Shown here in pieces: positions 1-9,959 of a stretch of 64,000 bases of DNA. Under the pieces are notes generated by a model. The model had not been told where the DNA came from and searched no databases. It saw only the letters and a list, made by a program, of their open reading frames with translations. Source of the stretch: Alphaproteobacteria bacterium. GTDB taxonomy: Bacteria > Pseudomonadota > Alphaproteobacteria > Rs-D84. The position numbers and the translations under genes were made by a program. Each line of letters opens with the position of its first letter. The first letter of the stretch is position 1. The DNA lies in contig JAVBPX010000001.1 of the NCBI GenBank assembly GCA_031549365.1, positions 96,001 to 160,000 of the forward strand, written 5' to 3'.

Positions 1-202
1 TTAAAAATTCCGGAAGAATAAAATTATAAGTATCAATTACCGGAGAATAAACATAATCATTAACAACTTCGTTGAATGCAAATATTCCACGATTGGTTTG
101 TTCAATTGGATCATATGGGGCTGGCACAACGCCAACATCTCGATGGGATGCGCATCCAAAACAAACGAATACCAATAAAACTACCAAGACCTTTTTAAAC
201 AT
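1..202 (-). CDS. mlaA: VacJ/MlaA family lipoprotein (5' part; runs off window start)
   Basis: Not in the ORF track. Manual translation from ATG 202: MFKKVLVVLLVFVCFGCASHRDVGVVPAPYDPIEQTNRGIFAFNEVV...; lipobox FGC and the DPxExxNRxxFAFN MlaA signature. Confidence 0.85.
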   Translation of the reverse strand, partial: MFKKVLVVLLVFVCFGCASHRDVGVVPAPYDPIEQTNRGIFAFNEVVNDYVYSPVIDTYNFILPEFL

Positions 203-238
203 GGCCTCATTTTATCATAAAATGCTTTTAAATGCACG

Positions 239-1003
239 TTGATATTGTCCCTTAATTCTGATAATATTACAGGCATGAATACATTTGATTTCACTAAAAC
301 TTTGGCAGAAATAAAACCTTTGCTCAACCTTTGCTGTTGGACCAGCGAGGATTCATCAACTCTGATACATGCCGCCACGGCCGCGGTTGAAAATAATGTT
401 AAACTATTATCGGTCGAACCTGTATCAATACCATTGGTCTGGAGTTGGACTGAAAAAACACCATTAAAATTATATGCTTTTATGGCCGCTGATTTTAACA
501 AACAGGATGAAAAAAAATTAATATCTGATATGAATATCCCATTAAAACGTGGCGCTTCTGGAATTCAGATTTATACACCTGTTAATTCATTTGAATCTTT
601 GGTAAACGCTTTGCTGCCTATTCGCCACGATTTGTTTTTTGGACGAGATCTAACAATCGCTTTGCCATTGGACAATATTACACCGAACCAATGGCCAATG
701 ATATTTCAATATTTATCCAAATTGGATGTTTCACGATTATTATTAATTGCGTCAAAACCATTGGCCGTTGCGCAACATATATATGGCCTGCTTTCGGTAA
801 TACCTGCACACACAAATTGGTCATTGGATGTATGTGTAACGTCATCTAAAAATGCGATAAAACCAATCGAAGATACATTTCGTTTAACACAAAAAATGGC
901 GCCATGGATATTGGACCAAAACAAATTGCATTTTTTCGTCCAACCATCTTTCTTTCAAAATTACCCACGGGATACACAATATGATGATGCGGATCTGGAC
1001 TAG
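239..1003 (+). CDS. hypothetical protein, DeoC/aldolase-like TIM barrel, apparently degenerate
   Basis: 254-aa ORF; pattern AAVENNVKLLSVEP...KRGASGIQIY resembles the DeoC N-half, but no KTSTG catalytic Lys motif. Confidence 0.45.
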   Translation: MILSLNSDNITGMNTFDFTKTLAEIKPLLNLCCWTSEDSSTLIHAATAAVENNVKLLSVEPVSIPLVWSWTEKTPLKLYAFMAADFNKQDEKKLISDMNIPLKRGASGIQIYTPVNSFESLVNALLPIRHDLFFGRDLTIALPLDNITPNQWPMIFQYLSKLDVSRLLLIASKPLAVAQHIYGLLSVIPAHTNWSLDVCVTSSKNAIKPIEDTFRLTQKMAPWILDQNKLHFFVQPSFFQNYPRDTQYDDADLD

Positions 1004-1913
1004 TTTGACCACAGCCTGCTTATTAATGCTGACACTAAATACAGCGCCAGCAACATCGCCTTTTGACTATGACGATTCTAATAAAACTGGACTCTCAAAC
1101 GATAAAAACATTTCTGACAACGGTGAATATTGCCATGTAATTGGCACCTCAAACCGCGCACCGACACTATGTGGGAAACCGGTCCAGGGCGGATTATTAT
1201 ACGGAGAATCCAGAAACCATTCTGTTTATTATAAAAATGAATTGGTATCTATTGGCGACATATTTACAATCGGATTGGATCGCGATACTCCGGATACAAT
1301 TAAATTAAAGTTCTGTAATAAATTGGGGGAATGTTCTGAATACGCTTATAAAATTGAAAAGCAAAACTGGCAGATCCAACGGGTATCCGTCCCTGATAAA
1401 TTTGTACATTATACCCCCGAAATAGAAAAACGAATCGAACGCGAAAGCAATGAAATCCGAAACGCACGAACCGCCCGCGACACAACATTATTTTTCATGA
1501 ATATGGAGGAACCACTGGACTCAAAAAAATTCCGAATTTCCGGCGTTTTTGGATCGCAACGTGTGTTTAATGATATACCAAAATCCCCCCATCGTGGATT
1601 GGATTTCGCAGCACCGACTGGAACGCCTGTTATTGCTGCCGCTCCGGGTCGCGTTGTATTGGTTGGGGATCATTTTATGTCTGGAAATATCGTGATGATT
1701 TCACACGGATATGGGATATACAGTGTGTATTTGCACCTGTCAAAAATTAATGTATCTGTTGGACAAAACGTATCTGGCACCACAAAAATCGGATTGGTTG
1801 GATCAACAGGCAGATCATCTGGCGCCCATTTACACTTTGGAATTTACTGGAATCAAACTGCATTGGATCCCCAACAAATCTTGATCCCCCGTGGCACCGA
1901 AAAAACATTATAA
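981..1913 (+). CDS. M23 family metallopeptidase, secreted
   Basis: Signal peptide; HRGLDFAA (HxxxD), YLHL, GSTGRSSGAHLHF (HxH) motifs. Confidence 0.92.
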   Translation: MMMRIWTSLTTACLLMLTLNTAPATSPFDYDDSNKTGLSNDKNISDNGEYCHVIGTSNRAPTLCGKPVQGGLLYGESRNHSVYYKNELVSIGDIFTIGLDRDTPDTIKLKFCNKLGECSEYAYKIEKQNWQIQRVSVPDKFVHYTPEIEKRIERESNEIRNARTARDTTLFFMNMEEPLDSKKFRISGVFGSQRVFNDIPKSPHRGLDFAAPTGTPVIAAAPGRVVLVGDHFMSGNIVMISHGYGIYSVYLHLSKINVSVGQNVSGTTKIGLVGSTGRSSGAHLHFGIYWNQTALDPQQILIPRGTEKTL

Positions 1914-1946
1914 TCAATTGAATAATACAAAATTTATTAAAACTTG

Positions 1947-2074
1947 TTAATCGCGTCATAATGCGATGAATGTAAAGAAACATTAATTTTTTCGGGGGTG
2001 AGTGTATATAGACATACATGATCCTTCGAAAAAATTAATGTCTTGTTTTCAGTCGCGCATTATGACGCGATTAA
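1947..2074. repeat. long imperfect inverted repeat (~128-nt hairpin) between convergent genes
   Basis: TTAATCGCGTCATAATGCG (1947-1965) / CGCATTATGACGCGATTAA (2056-2074); inner ACATTAATTTTTTCG (1980-1994) / CGAAAAAATTAATGT (2027-2041). Confidence 0.85.
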
Positions 2075-2992
2075 ATAGTCTTCGACTTCCATGGCGGCCG
2101 TTGCCCCCCACCCCACTGCAATCGCAACCTGTAACTTGGTATTTGCACGAACGTCGCCCGCAACAAAAATTCCATGATTTTCAATTTGCGTTTTGTTTGG
2201 CAATGTTACCAAATGGCCATGGTCATCACGCTTAATTTCATCATTTAAAAACTCAGTATTAGGAGAATGTCCGATTGTAATAAATACGCCATCGATATTA
2301 ATTGTATTTTGCTTTTCCGAATCAATTTCTTGGGTTAATACAGATGTAACACCATTTGCATCGCCCATGATTTCAACAACATCCGTGTTCCACATAACTG
2401 ATATATTTGTCGCATTCATAATTTTATCAACAACAACTTTTTCCCCGCGGAAAAATGCATCACGACGGTAAATTATTGTTACGTGTTTGGCCAATTTTGA
2501 CATGTATAATGCTTCGACCAATGCGGAATTTCCACCGCCAATGAACACAACATCTTTGCCGCGGTAAAAAAATCCATCGCACACAGCGCAATAACTGACC
2601 CCGCGACCTAAATATTCAGATTCTCCTGGAATTCCCATTGTTTTTGCACGGGCCCCGGTTGCGACTATAATCGCGCGAGCAACCAATTCTTTGCCGTTGT
2701 CCAATGAAATATTATAATTGTCGTTATCACGTTTTACAAATTTCGCTGACGCCAAAATAATTTTTGCACCGAAACTTTCCGCCTGATTTTTCATAATCTC
2801 GGTTACTTCGAACCCTGAAATTGGTCCAATAACCCCTGGATAATTTTCCAATTCTGGGATTGTTGCCATTTGACCACCTAACTCTCCTCCGGCGACAATC
2901 GCGACCGAACGTCCGGCACGCCCTGCGTATAATGCAGCTGTTAACCCAGCAGGCCCAGACCCTAAAATAACAATGTCAAAAATATTATCCAT
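2060..2992 (-). CDS. trxB: thioredoxin-disulfide reductase
   Basis: GSGPAG FAD motif, GVSYCAVCDG redox CxxC, GGGNSA NADPH motif, GIFVAGDV. Confidence 0.96.
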   Translation of the reverse strand: MDNIFDIVILGSGPAGLTAALYAGRAGRSVAIVAGGELGGQMATIPELENYPGVIGPISGFEVTEIMKNQAESFGAKIILASAKFVKRDNDNYNISLDNGKELVARAIIVATGARAKTMGIPGESEYLGRGVSYCAVCDGFFYRGKDVVFIGGGNSALVEALYMSKLAKHVTIIYRRDAFFRGEKVVVDKIMNATNISVMWNTDVVEIMGDANGVTSVLTQEIDSEKQNTINIDGVFITIGHSPNTEFLNDEIKRDDHGHLVTLPNKTQIENHGIFVAGDVRANTKLQVAIAVGWGATAAMEVEDYLIAS

Positions 2993-3045
2993 AATTCATC
3001 CTTTTTACGGATTTTAACCATATTCAAACAAATGATGCAAGCGGT

Positions 3046-3744
3046 TTATTCCCGAAATATCACAGTATCAAACAAATTATTTAAATCTTGCTTTAAATAT
3101 TCATCATTGAAAAATTGATTGCGTTCGGTTTCGTTTGTACGAGGGCCTTCATCTGCTTCGTATACGCGATATTTTTGCACGGCAAAGCTTTTGATGCCGG
3201 CATCTGATGATCGCTTTGCTATATCCAAAACGGCTTCACGCGACACAAACCTGGGATCACATGTAATCCGAACTTCGGCAGATTTACCTGATTTTCCCAA
3301 AACTTCCAAACTTTCAATCACACGATTGTGCGCGGAACTGACCCCTGTTAATTTCAAATAATTTTTTTGATCTGTTTTTATATCCAATCCAACCCAATCA
3401 ATAATTGATAATGCTTTTTTTAATTGGTCCGGATAAAATCCGTTTGTATGCAAACCAATTAAAAAACCCATATCTTTGATTCGTTTCATATATTCCAAAA
3501 CAACATCGCCTTGGGTTAATGCCTCCCCTCCTGAAAAAACAACTGCTTCTAATTTGCCTCGACGATGATTTAACCATTCAATAATTTTTTCTGGATCGTA
3601 TTCACCCTCGCCCGCTTCCAAGAACTGAGGATTCGAACAATAAACACACCTAAATGGGCAACCTTTTAAAAATAAAACGGCGGCCAACATCCCCGGATAA
3701 TCAATCGTAGTAAAGGGAGTCAGTCCGCCGATCTGAACTTGCAT
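3046..3744 (-). CDS. nrdG: anaerobic ribonucleoside-triphosphate reductase activating protein (radical SAM)
   Basis: TTIDYPG, GCPFRCVYCSNP (CxxxCxxC), FSGGEA; downstream of nrdD. Confidence 0.93.
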   Translation of the reverse strand: MQVQIGGLTPFTTIDYPGMLAAVLFLKGCPFRCVYCSNPQFLEAGEGEYDPEKIIEWLNHRRGKLEAVVFSGGEALTQGDVVLEYMKRIKDMGFLIGLHTNGFYPDQLKKALSIIDWVGLDIKTDQKNYLKLTGVSSAHNRVIESLEVLGKSGKSAEVRITCDPRFVSREAVLDIAKRSSDAGIKSFAVQKYRVYEADEGPRTNETERNQFFNDEYLKQDLNNLFDTVIFRE

Positions 3745-3751
3745 TATATTA

Positions 3752-3928
3752 TTACGCTGCTTTCTTTAATAATTCTAAATGGCGATCGGCCGTAGTCAAA
3801 GCATTTTCTTCTTTGAAAGTTTTTCTTTCTTGGAATTCGGAAAATTTTCCAATATTAAAATGTTTAACCGGACGAATGTATCCCATGCTACGTGAAAAAG
3901 TCTCACATTTTGTTCTTTGTTTTGTCAT
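3752..3928 (-). CDS. stand-alone glycyl-radical C-terminal domain of class III RNR (58 aa)
   Basis: Not in the ORF track. MTKQRTKCETFSRSMGYIRPVKHFNIGKFSEFQERKTFKEENALTTADRHLELLKKAA; matches NrdD C-terminal CExxSRxxGYxRPxxxxNxGKxxEFxxR; strong RBS AGGAGGAG. Confidence 0.9.
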   Translation of the reverse strand: MTKQRTKCETFSRSMGYIRPVKHFNIGKFSEFQERKTFKEENALTTADRHLELLKKAA

Positions 3929-3951
3929 AATTCTCCTCCTCTATTTTTTGT

Positions 3952-6000
3952 TTATTTTACAATGTTTGCTAATCTTTCCTCGGCGGCGATTTCCTCGTCG
4001 CACTTTGGACAGAATTCATGCCGTCCCGGCAAATACCCGTGTTTCGGACAAGTCGAGAACGTAGGGGTCAAAGTCATATAAGGCAATTTATAGTTTTCAA
4101 AAATTGTCTTAATAATTTTCTTTGCCGCCTCTCCGGATGACACGGGCTCCCCCAGGTACATATGCCACATGGTACCGCCTGTATATTTCCGTTGAAATGC
4201 TTCTTGATGTTCCAATGCAACAAATGGATCATCTGTAAAATTAACTGGTAACTGAGTAGAATTAGTATAGTACGGTGCATCGTTTGTTCCCGCCGTCAAA
4301 ATATCAGGGAAATTTTTCAAATCAGTTCTTGCAAATCTGTATGCTGTGCCCTCTCCTGGTGTTGCTTCTAGATTGTACAAATTTCCTGTTTCTTCTTGAA
4401 ACACAACCAATTGTTCACGAATGAAATCCATAACGTCTATAACCAATTGTTTACCCATTGGGGATGAAATATCTTCGCGCCCATCGGTAAAATTCCTGAC
4501 CATTTCATTTGCACCATTAACACCAATGGTCGAAAAATGGTGATTCCAGTTACCCAAATAACGTTTGGTAAATGGATATAATCCGTTATCAATATTTTTA
4601 GTAATTACACGGCGTTTAATTTCCAACGAATCTTTGGCTAATCCCAATAATATTTTTAAATTATCAAACAAAGCTTCACGATTTCCCTTGTTTAAATAAC
4701 CCAACCTTGGCAAATTTATTGTAACAACTCCGATTGATCCCGTTTTTTCAGCAGATCCGAACAAACCACCGCCACGTTTTAACAATTCACGAACATCCAA
4801 CTGCAAACGGCAACACATAGAACGAACATCGGTTGGGTTCAAATCAGAATTCAAGAAATTTTGGAAATTTGGAATACCGTATTTGGCAGTTAAATCAAAC
4901 AAAGGCCCAACGTTTGGATGATTCCATGGGAAATCTTTGGTGATATTATATGTTGGAATTGGGAAAGTAAATGGACGACCATGCGCATCACCTTCGGTCA
5001 TAACTTCTAAAAATGCTTTGTTTAACATATCCATTTCTGGCTGCAAATCGCCATATGTGAAATTGACTGGTCTGCCGCCGATATACGGGTTTTGTTTTTT
5101 CAAATCTTCGGGACACGTCCAATCAAAAGTAAAATTAATGAATGGTGTTTGGGTTCCCCAGCGGCAAGGCACCGCGCAATTGAAAATCAAAGTTTGCATT
5201 GCGTTTTTAACTTCTTCGAAAGACATATTGTCAATTTTGATATATGGCGCCAAATAAGTGTCCACTGATGAAAAAGCCTGGGCCCCAGCAAATTCGTTTT
5301 GCAATGTTCCTAAAAAATTAACCATGTGGGATACAGCGGTCGACATGTGTTTCGCAGGCTGACATTGTAAATAACCCTCAACCCCGTTGAATCCTTCGTA
5401 CAATAATTCTCGCAATGACCAACCGGCACAATATCCAGTCAACCAACCCAAATCATGTATGTGCAATGCAGCACTTTTGTGCGCTTCGGCAACAGGACGT
5501 GGATACAAATGCAACCAATATTGGGCTGTTACTCGTTCGGATGTCCTCAAAATCAAGCCGCCAATCGAATATCCAATATTGGCATTTTCCTTGACTCGCC
5601 AATCGGCAGCGGACAAGTATCCGTCCATTACATCAACAACATCCAAATTTGTGTCGCGGATCTCGTTATGTTGATGTCTATATATAATGTATGCTTCGGC
5701 AGTTTTATAAGCATGATGATCCATTAATGCTTTGACCACTAAATCTTGTATTTGTTCAACAGTTGGGATTAAACCACAAAATCTGTCATCCAAATCGCGA
5801 ACAACACTGGCTTCTATGGCTAAAACTCCGGCCATATCAATTTCTTGGGTGGCGTTTGCTGCTTTTCTGATGGCATTTTGAATCTTTTTGGAATCAAAGG
5901 CTATAACTTCACCATCGCGCTTTTGAACTTTGGCGACCTTGCACGCAAAACCAGATGCGATTTCGATGATATTCTTCTGATTATTGTCCTTTTTTTCCAT
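3952..6000 (-). CDS. nrdD: anaerobic ribonucleoside-triphosphate reductase, large part with ATP-cone, lacking the Gly-radical loop
   Basis: ATP-cone VQKRDG, HIHDL, GYCAGW, RSMCCRL, EATPGEG, YTGGT, CPKHGY...CPKC; start placed at MEKKD (6000). Confidence 0.95.
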   Translation of the reverse strand: MEKKDNNQKNIIEIASGFACKVAKVQKRDGEVIAFDSKKIQNAIRKAANATQEIDMAGVLAIEASVVRDLDDRFCGLIPTVEQIQDLVVKALMDHHAYKTAEAYIIYRHQHNEIRDTNLDVVDVMDGYLSAADWRVKENANIGYSIGGLILRTSERVTAQYWLHLYPRPVAEAHKSAALHIHDLGWLTGYCAGWSLRELLYEGFNGVEGYLQCQPAKHMSTAVSHMVNFLGTLQNEFAGAQAFSSVDTYLAPYIKIDNMSFEEVKNAMQTLIFNCAVPCRWGTQTPFINFTFDWTCPEDLKKQNPYIGGRPVNFTYGDLQPEMDMLNKAFLEVMTEGDAHGRPFTFPIPTYNITKDFPWNHPNVGPLFDLTAKYGIPNFQNFLNSDLNPTDVRSMCCRLQLDVRELLKRGGGLFGSAEKTGSIGVVTINLPRLGYLNKGNREALFDNLKILLGLAKDSLEIKRRVITKNIDNGLYPFTKRYLGNWNHHFSTIGVNGANEMVRNFTDGREDISSPMGKQLVIDVMDFIREQLVVFQEETGNLYNLEATPGEGTAYRFARTDLKNFPDILTAGTNDAPYYTNSTQLPVNFTDDPFVALEHQEAFQRKYTGGTMWHMYLGEPVSSGEAAKKIIKTIFENYKLPYMTLTPTFSTCPKHGYLPGRHEFCPKCDEEIAAEERLANIVK

Positions 6001-6031
6001 TTTTTTGCCTTTTTCATAAAAAATGCCAAAA

Positions 6032-6081
6032 ATACAACTGGTTGTGTCTTTTTGGGTGTTTGTATACACAATATATAGTTT
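6032..6081. promoter_or_regulatory. tandem NrdR-box-like sites upstream of nrdD
   Basis: ACACAATATATAGTTT (6066-6081) fits the acaCwAtATaTwGtgt consensus; weaker palindrome ATACAACTGGTTGTGT (6032-6047). Confidence 0.65.
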
Positions 6082-6244
6082 TTAAAATTTTCAAACAAGA
6101 CATTTTTTTGCAAAATTTGCACTTTTTTGTCTTGACTTTTTTAAAGTGCCAAAAATCTGCCAAAACCGGATTTTGCCCCCTAGATTTTTGATAAAAAAAA
6201 TGATATACTTCGACCATATTTATTGAAACCGCGGGGAAATTCAC

Positions 6245-7054
6245 ATGCAACGTATGTTTATTATATTTGGAACTTGGGCCACAGCATCATTGATTTGGAC
6301 TTTGTTATCGATTCGTTTATTGGTTGGAACACTGTCTATGGATGCCTTGATAGAATTGGATTCCGTTATGATTTCTGCCTTGGTTATTTGCATAATTGTT
6401 CCGATTTCGATGTTTTTTATGATTGCTGTCCTATTTAATTTTTATTCGATTCAAAAACAAACTCTGCGACTATTGTTTAATATGCATAATTCATCAAAAC
6501 ATCAAATGGATATACTACAACAGTTGGGAATGGCATTTATTGAATTCAAACATCAAACATCTGCTGATTCGTTTATGCGCAATATTGATTTGATTTATCA
6601 CGATTTATTACAACATTTGATTCCAATTGCTGATTCGGTATCGGTGGTTGCCCGCTCGTCCAAGGAACATCCATTATGGCAAGTCGCAGGCGGTCTGGTT
6701 GATGCATACAATAAAAATCCACACGTGTTGGAACAATTGCGCCGCCAATTAAAATGGGACGAATCATATCAACAACATGTTGAACTGTTTTTAAAACACG
6801 CGAACCAATTGTTGGAAAAATTGGGGGAATACGACCGCGACGGATTATTGTTACAAACATTTAACGAGGGGTTAATGGGTCAAATCATGGCATTATTAAC
6901 CCAGGCTCAAAATCTGGCCATGGATTCTGGATTAAAAACACCTGCTGCTACACAATCATCATCACAAAAATCTGTGCTGTCGATTCTGGGGCAAAAATCC
7001 CCAGCCTCTCCGTCTTTGTTGGACGAAGATTTGTTGGAGCCTGATAATGCATGA
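6245..7054 (+). CDS. hypothetical membrane protein
   Basis: 269-aa ORF, two N-terminal hydrophobic helices, RBS GGGG; overlaps sufB start. Confidence 0.7.
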   Translation: MQRMFIIFGTWATASLIWTLLSIRLLVGTLSMDALIELDSVMISALVICIIVPISMFFMIAVLFNFYSIQKQTLRLLFNMHNSSKHQMDILQQLGMAFIEFKHQTSADSFMRNIDLIYHDLLQHLIPIADSVSVVARSSKEHPLWQVAGGLVDAYNKNPHVLEQLRRQLKWDESYQQHVELFLKHANQLLEKLGEYDRDGLLLQTFNEGLMGQIMALLTQAQNLAMDSGLKTPAATQSSSQKSVLSILGQKSPASPSLLDEDLLEPDNA

Positions 7055-8408
7055 ATTCAAACCAGGGATATCGCGTGATGCAATTACACAATTATCAAAA
7101 TTGCGTAACGAACCTTCTTGGTTACTGGATTTTCGATTAAATGCATTTGAACATTGGAAAACAATGAGCGAACCACATTGGTCCACAACAACATATGATC
7201 CAATTGATTACCAATCAATAACATATCATTCCAAACCCACTATTAATGATGAAATTGATGCTGATACAAAATCAGTATATGACAAATTGGGAATCCCAGA
7301 ACACGAACAACGCGCATTAATGGGAATGGCTGTGGACGCTATATTGGACAGCTCATCCATACATACATCATATCAATCCGATTTGGAAAAATTGGGAATT
7401 ATATTTATGCCTATGTCTGATGCTATCAAAAAACATCCTGAATTGGTTCGAAAATATTTGGGAACGGTTGTTCCACATACAGATAATTTTTTTGCATGCT
7501 TGAATTCCGCAGTATTTTCAGACGGGACATTTGTATATATTCCATCCGGAGTTAAATGCCCGATTGATTTGGCATCATACTTTCGAATTAATACAGCAAC
7601 CATTGGCCAATTCGAACGAACATTAATAATTGCAGAATCCGGGTCTGAATTATCTTATCTCGAGGGGTGCTCGGCCCCGCGCCGTCCAAACCATCAGTTA
7701 CATTCCGGAATTGTTGAAATAATCGCACATGATAATTCAATTGTAAAATACGCCACTGTTCAAAATTGGTACGCTGGAAATTCCGATGGCGTTGGCGGCA
7801 TATATAATTTCGTAACCAAACGTGGAATTGTTCATAAAAACGCAAAATTATTATGGACCCAGCTCGAGGTTGGATCCGCCAAAACCTGGAAATACCCATC
7901 GTCAATATTAATGGGCGATAATTCACATTCCGACTTTTATTCATTATCAATCACACGCCATCACCAAATGGCCGACACAGGAACAAAAATGATTCATATT
8001 GGAAACAATTCAACATCAAATATATTATCCCAGGGTGTCGCTATGGAACAATCAAATCAAACTTTCCGATCATTGATTACATTTGGCAAAAATACAACCG
8101 GCGCCAAAAGCGCATCAAATTGCGATTCAAAAATTATTGGGAATATGGCATCGGTAAACACATTACCAACCGTTCGCCATATGAATTCAAATAATACTTC
8201 GGGGCACGAGGCAAAAACATCCGCAATATCCGAATCCCAATTATTCTTTTTGAACGCATCCGGAATTGGTTCAGATCTGGCCACAGGATTAATTATTGGC
8301 GGGCTTGCAGCACCTATTCTTTCTCGCCTTCCTATGGAATTTTTAATAGAATCAAAACAGCTAATTCAAATCGCAGTATCAAATGGTGATAAAAATGCTA
8401 CAAATTAA
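7047..8408 (+). CDS. sufB: Fe-S cluster assembly protein SufB
   Basis: LNSAVFSDGTFVYIP, GQFERTLI, YLEGCSAP, YNFVTKRG, TWKYPS, ADTGTKMIH. Confidence 0.95.
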   Translation: MHEFKPGISRDAITQLSKLRNEPSWLLDFRLNAFEHWKTMSEPHWSTTTYDPIDYQSITYHSKPTINDEIDADTKSVYDKLGIPEHEQRALMGMAVDAILDSSSIHTSYQSDLEKLGIIFMPMSDAIKKHPELVRKYLGTVVPHTDNFFACLNSAVFSDGTFVYIPSGVKCPIDLASYFRINTATIGQFERTLIIAESGSELSYLEGCSAPRRPNHQLHSGIVEIIAHDNSIVKYATVQNWYAGNSDGVGGIYNFVTKRGIVHKNAKLLWTQLEVGSAKTWKYPSSILMGDNSHSDFYSLSITRHHQMADTGTKMIHIGNNSTSNILSQGVAMEQSNQTFRSLITFGKNTTGAKSASNCDSKIIGNMASVNTLPTVRHMNSNNTSGHEAKTSAISESQLFFLNASGIGSDLATGLIIGGLAAPILSRLPMEFLIESKQLIQIAVSNGDKNATN

Positions 8409-9072
8409 AAATTTAACCGTAACAAACGGAAATAAAAAATTATTGAATAATGTTTCAATTAATATTGCTGATAATTCAATCCATTTGTTATCTGGCCCAA
8501 ACGGCAGTGGCAAAACCAGTCTATTAATGACAATCATGGGACATCCAGACTATGTTGTCGAATCTGGTGAAATTTTATTTAATGGCAAAAACATTGTTAA
8601 TATAACTCCAACCGAACGTTCATTAATTGGGATTGCCTTGTTACAACAACATGTGCCTGAAATACCGGGATTAACAGTATCATCATATTTAAAACACGCA
8701 ATGTCAGCACATTATAAAAATAAATTTGGGAATGATTTGACCGCTGGTGAATTTTTTAAAATGTTAAATGATGCCACTGAAAATTTATCAATCCCGGCAC
8801 CTTGGCTATCGCGATCAATTAATGTTGGTTTTTCGGGTGGGGAACGTAAAAAATTGGCCCTGCTCTATCTCTATTTAATAAAACCAAGATTGGCCATGAT
8901 TGATGAACCCGATTCGGGATCCGATTTGGATACACAAAAATTAATAGCAAAAACAATTTTGGAACTGCATCAATCCGGCACCACATTTATTGTAATTTCG
9001 CACCAACCAACGTTTACGGAAATGATACATCCAACCAATGTATCAAAAATTGACAGCGGCACCATATTATAA
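8383..9072 (+). CDS. sufC: Fe-S cluster assembly ATPase SufC
   Basis: GPNGSGKT, RSINVGFSGGERKK, DEPDSG; adjacent to sufB. Confidence 0.92.
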   Translation: MVIKMLQIKNLTVTNGNKKLLNNVSINIADNSIHLLSGPNGSGKTSLLMTIMGHPDYVVESGEILFNGKNIVNITPTERSLIGIALLQQHVPEIPGLTVSSYLKHAMSAHYKNKFGNDLTAGEFFKMLNDATENLSIPAPWLSRSINVGFSGGERKKLALLYLYLIKPRLAMIDEPDSGSDLDTQKLIAKTILELHQSGTTFIVISHQPTFTEMIHPTNVSKIDSGTIL

Positions 9073-9158
9073 ATGGATTAATCTCCTATATTATTTTCTG
9101 TGGATTCCTTAAATTTTGTGATATAATACGCACGTTAAAACCATACAGGAGGAACCAC

Positions 9159-9956
9159 ATGGTAAAAAAACTAAAAGCCCCCTCGGCTCCGTCAAAATCC
9201 GTCGCCACAAAACAATCGAAAACCCAAAAACGCAGTTTGTGCTCTTGGTTTATGAGCCCACGCGAACATTTGGATCGCCTCAGCTATATCGCCATTTCAT
9301 TAAACTTATTGTTGCACGCGATTATTGCAGGAATCGGATTGCACTATTTTCATAAAAAAATCATGATGGCCTGGACAATTACCGGCCAAATGGTTCCATT
9401 GAAATTAATCTTATCACCTGCTGAACGCATTGTTTTGACAGTATTTGGAATCTATATGCTGTGGATTATCGTAATGTCTGTATTTACGATTATTAAACGT
9501 AGTCGCAAATTGGGACTGGCTGGCTGGACAATGTTATTTTCATTTCCATTCGGATTGCACACCCTGTCATTATCTGGATTCTTTTTGCCGGATTCGGACG
9601 AAAAAATGGCATTGGATTTGCGCATGAACTGGTTTAAAAAATTGGTAAATTGGGTTGCTTATTCAACACCAGGCCAAATGTTATCTGGCATTTTAATTAT
9701 GTTGTCTTCATGGATTGCGGCACCAATTATATTTGTATTTGATTTCTTGTTCTTTTGGCTGCCAGCATCATTGTTTGGCCGCGAAAAAGTTTCGAAATCA
9801 TTCAAAAATTATGCCCCTGTTATCGCAGTATTTAACATTTTGATGATTATCTTGTTGGTAATTGCAATCGCATTGGTGTACCGCGCATATTTAAATATGA
9901 CGCCAGGATCTGAATTAACAGTTTCTGAAACAATTTCTGCAACTGTAACAAAATAA
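9159..9956 (+). CDS. hypothetical multi-pass membrane protein
   Basis: 265 aa, several TM helices, RBS AGGAGG, TATAAT upstream. Confidence 0.75.
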   Translation: MVKKLKAPSAPSKSVATKQSKTQKRSLCSWFMSPREHLDRLSYIAISLNLLLHAIIAGIGLHYFHKKIMMAWTITGQMVPLKLILSPAERIVLTVFGIYMLWIIVMSVFTIIKRSRKLGLAGWTMLFSFPFGLHTLSLSGFFLPDSDEKMALDLRMNWFKKLVNWVAYSTPGQMLSGILIMLSSWIAAPIIFVFDFLFFWLPASLFGREKVSKSFKNYAPVIAVFNILMIILLVIAIALVYRAYLNMTPGSELTVSETISATVTK

Positions 9957-9959
9957 TTA

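Noticed and set aside
3929-3954. Stop-codon read-through or alternative genetic code joining nrdD to the small ORF
   Set aside because: TAA stop, 23-nt spacer (out of frame) and a dedicated RBS; other genes translate normally with code 11
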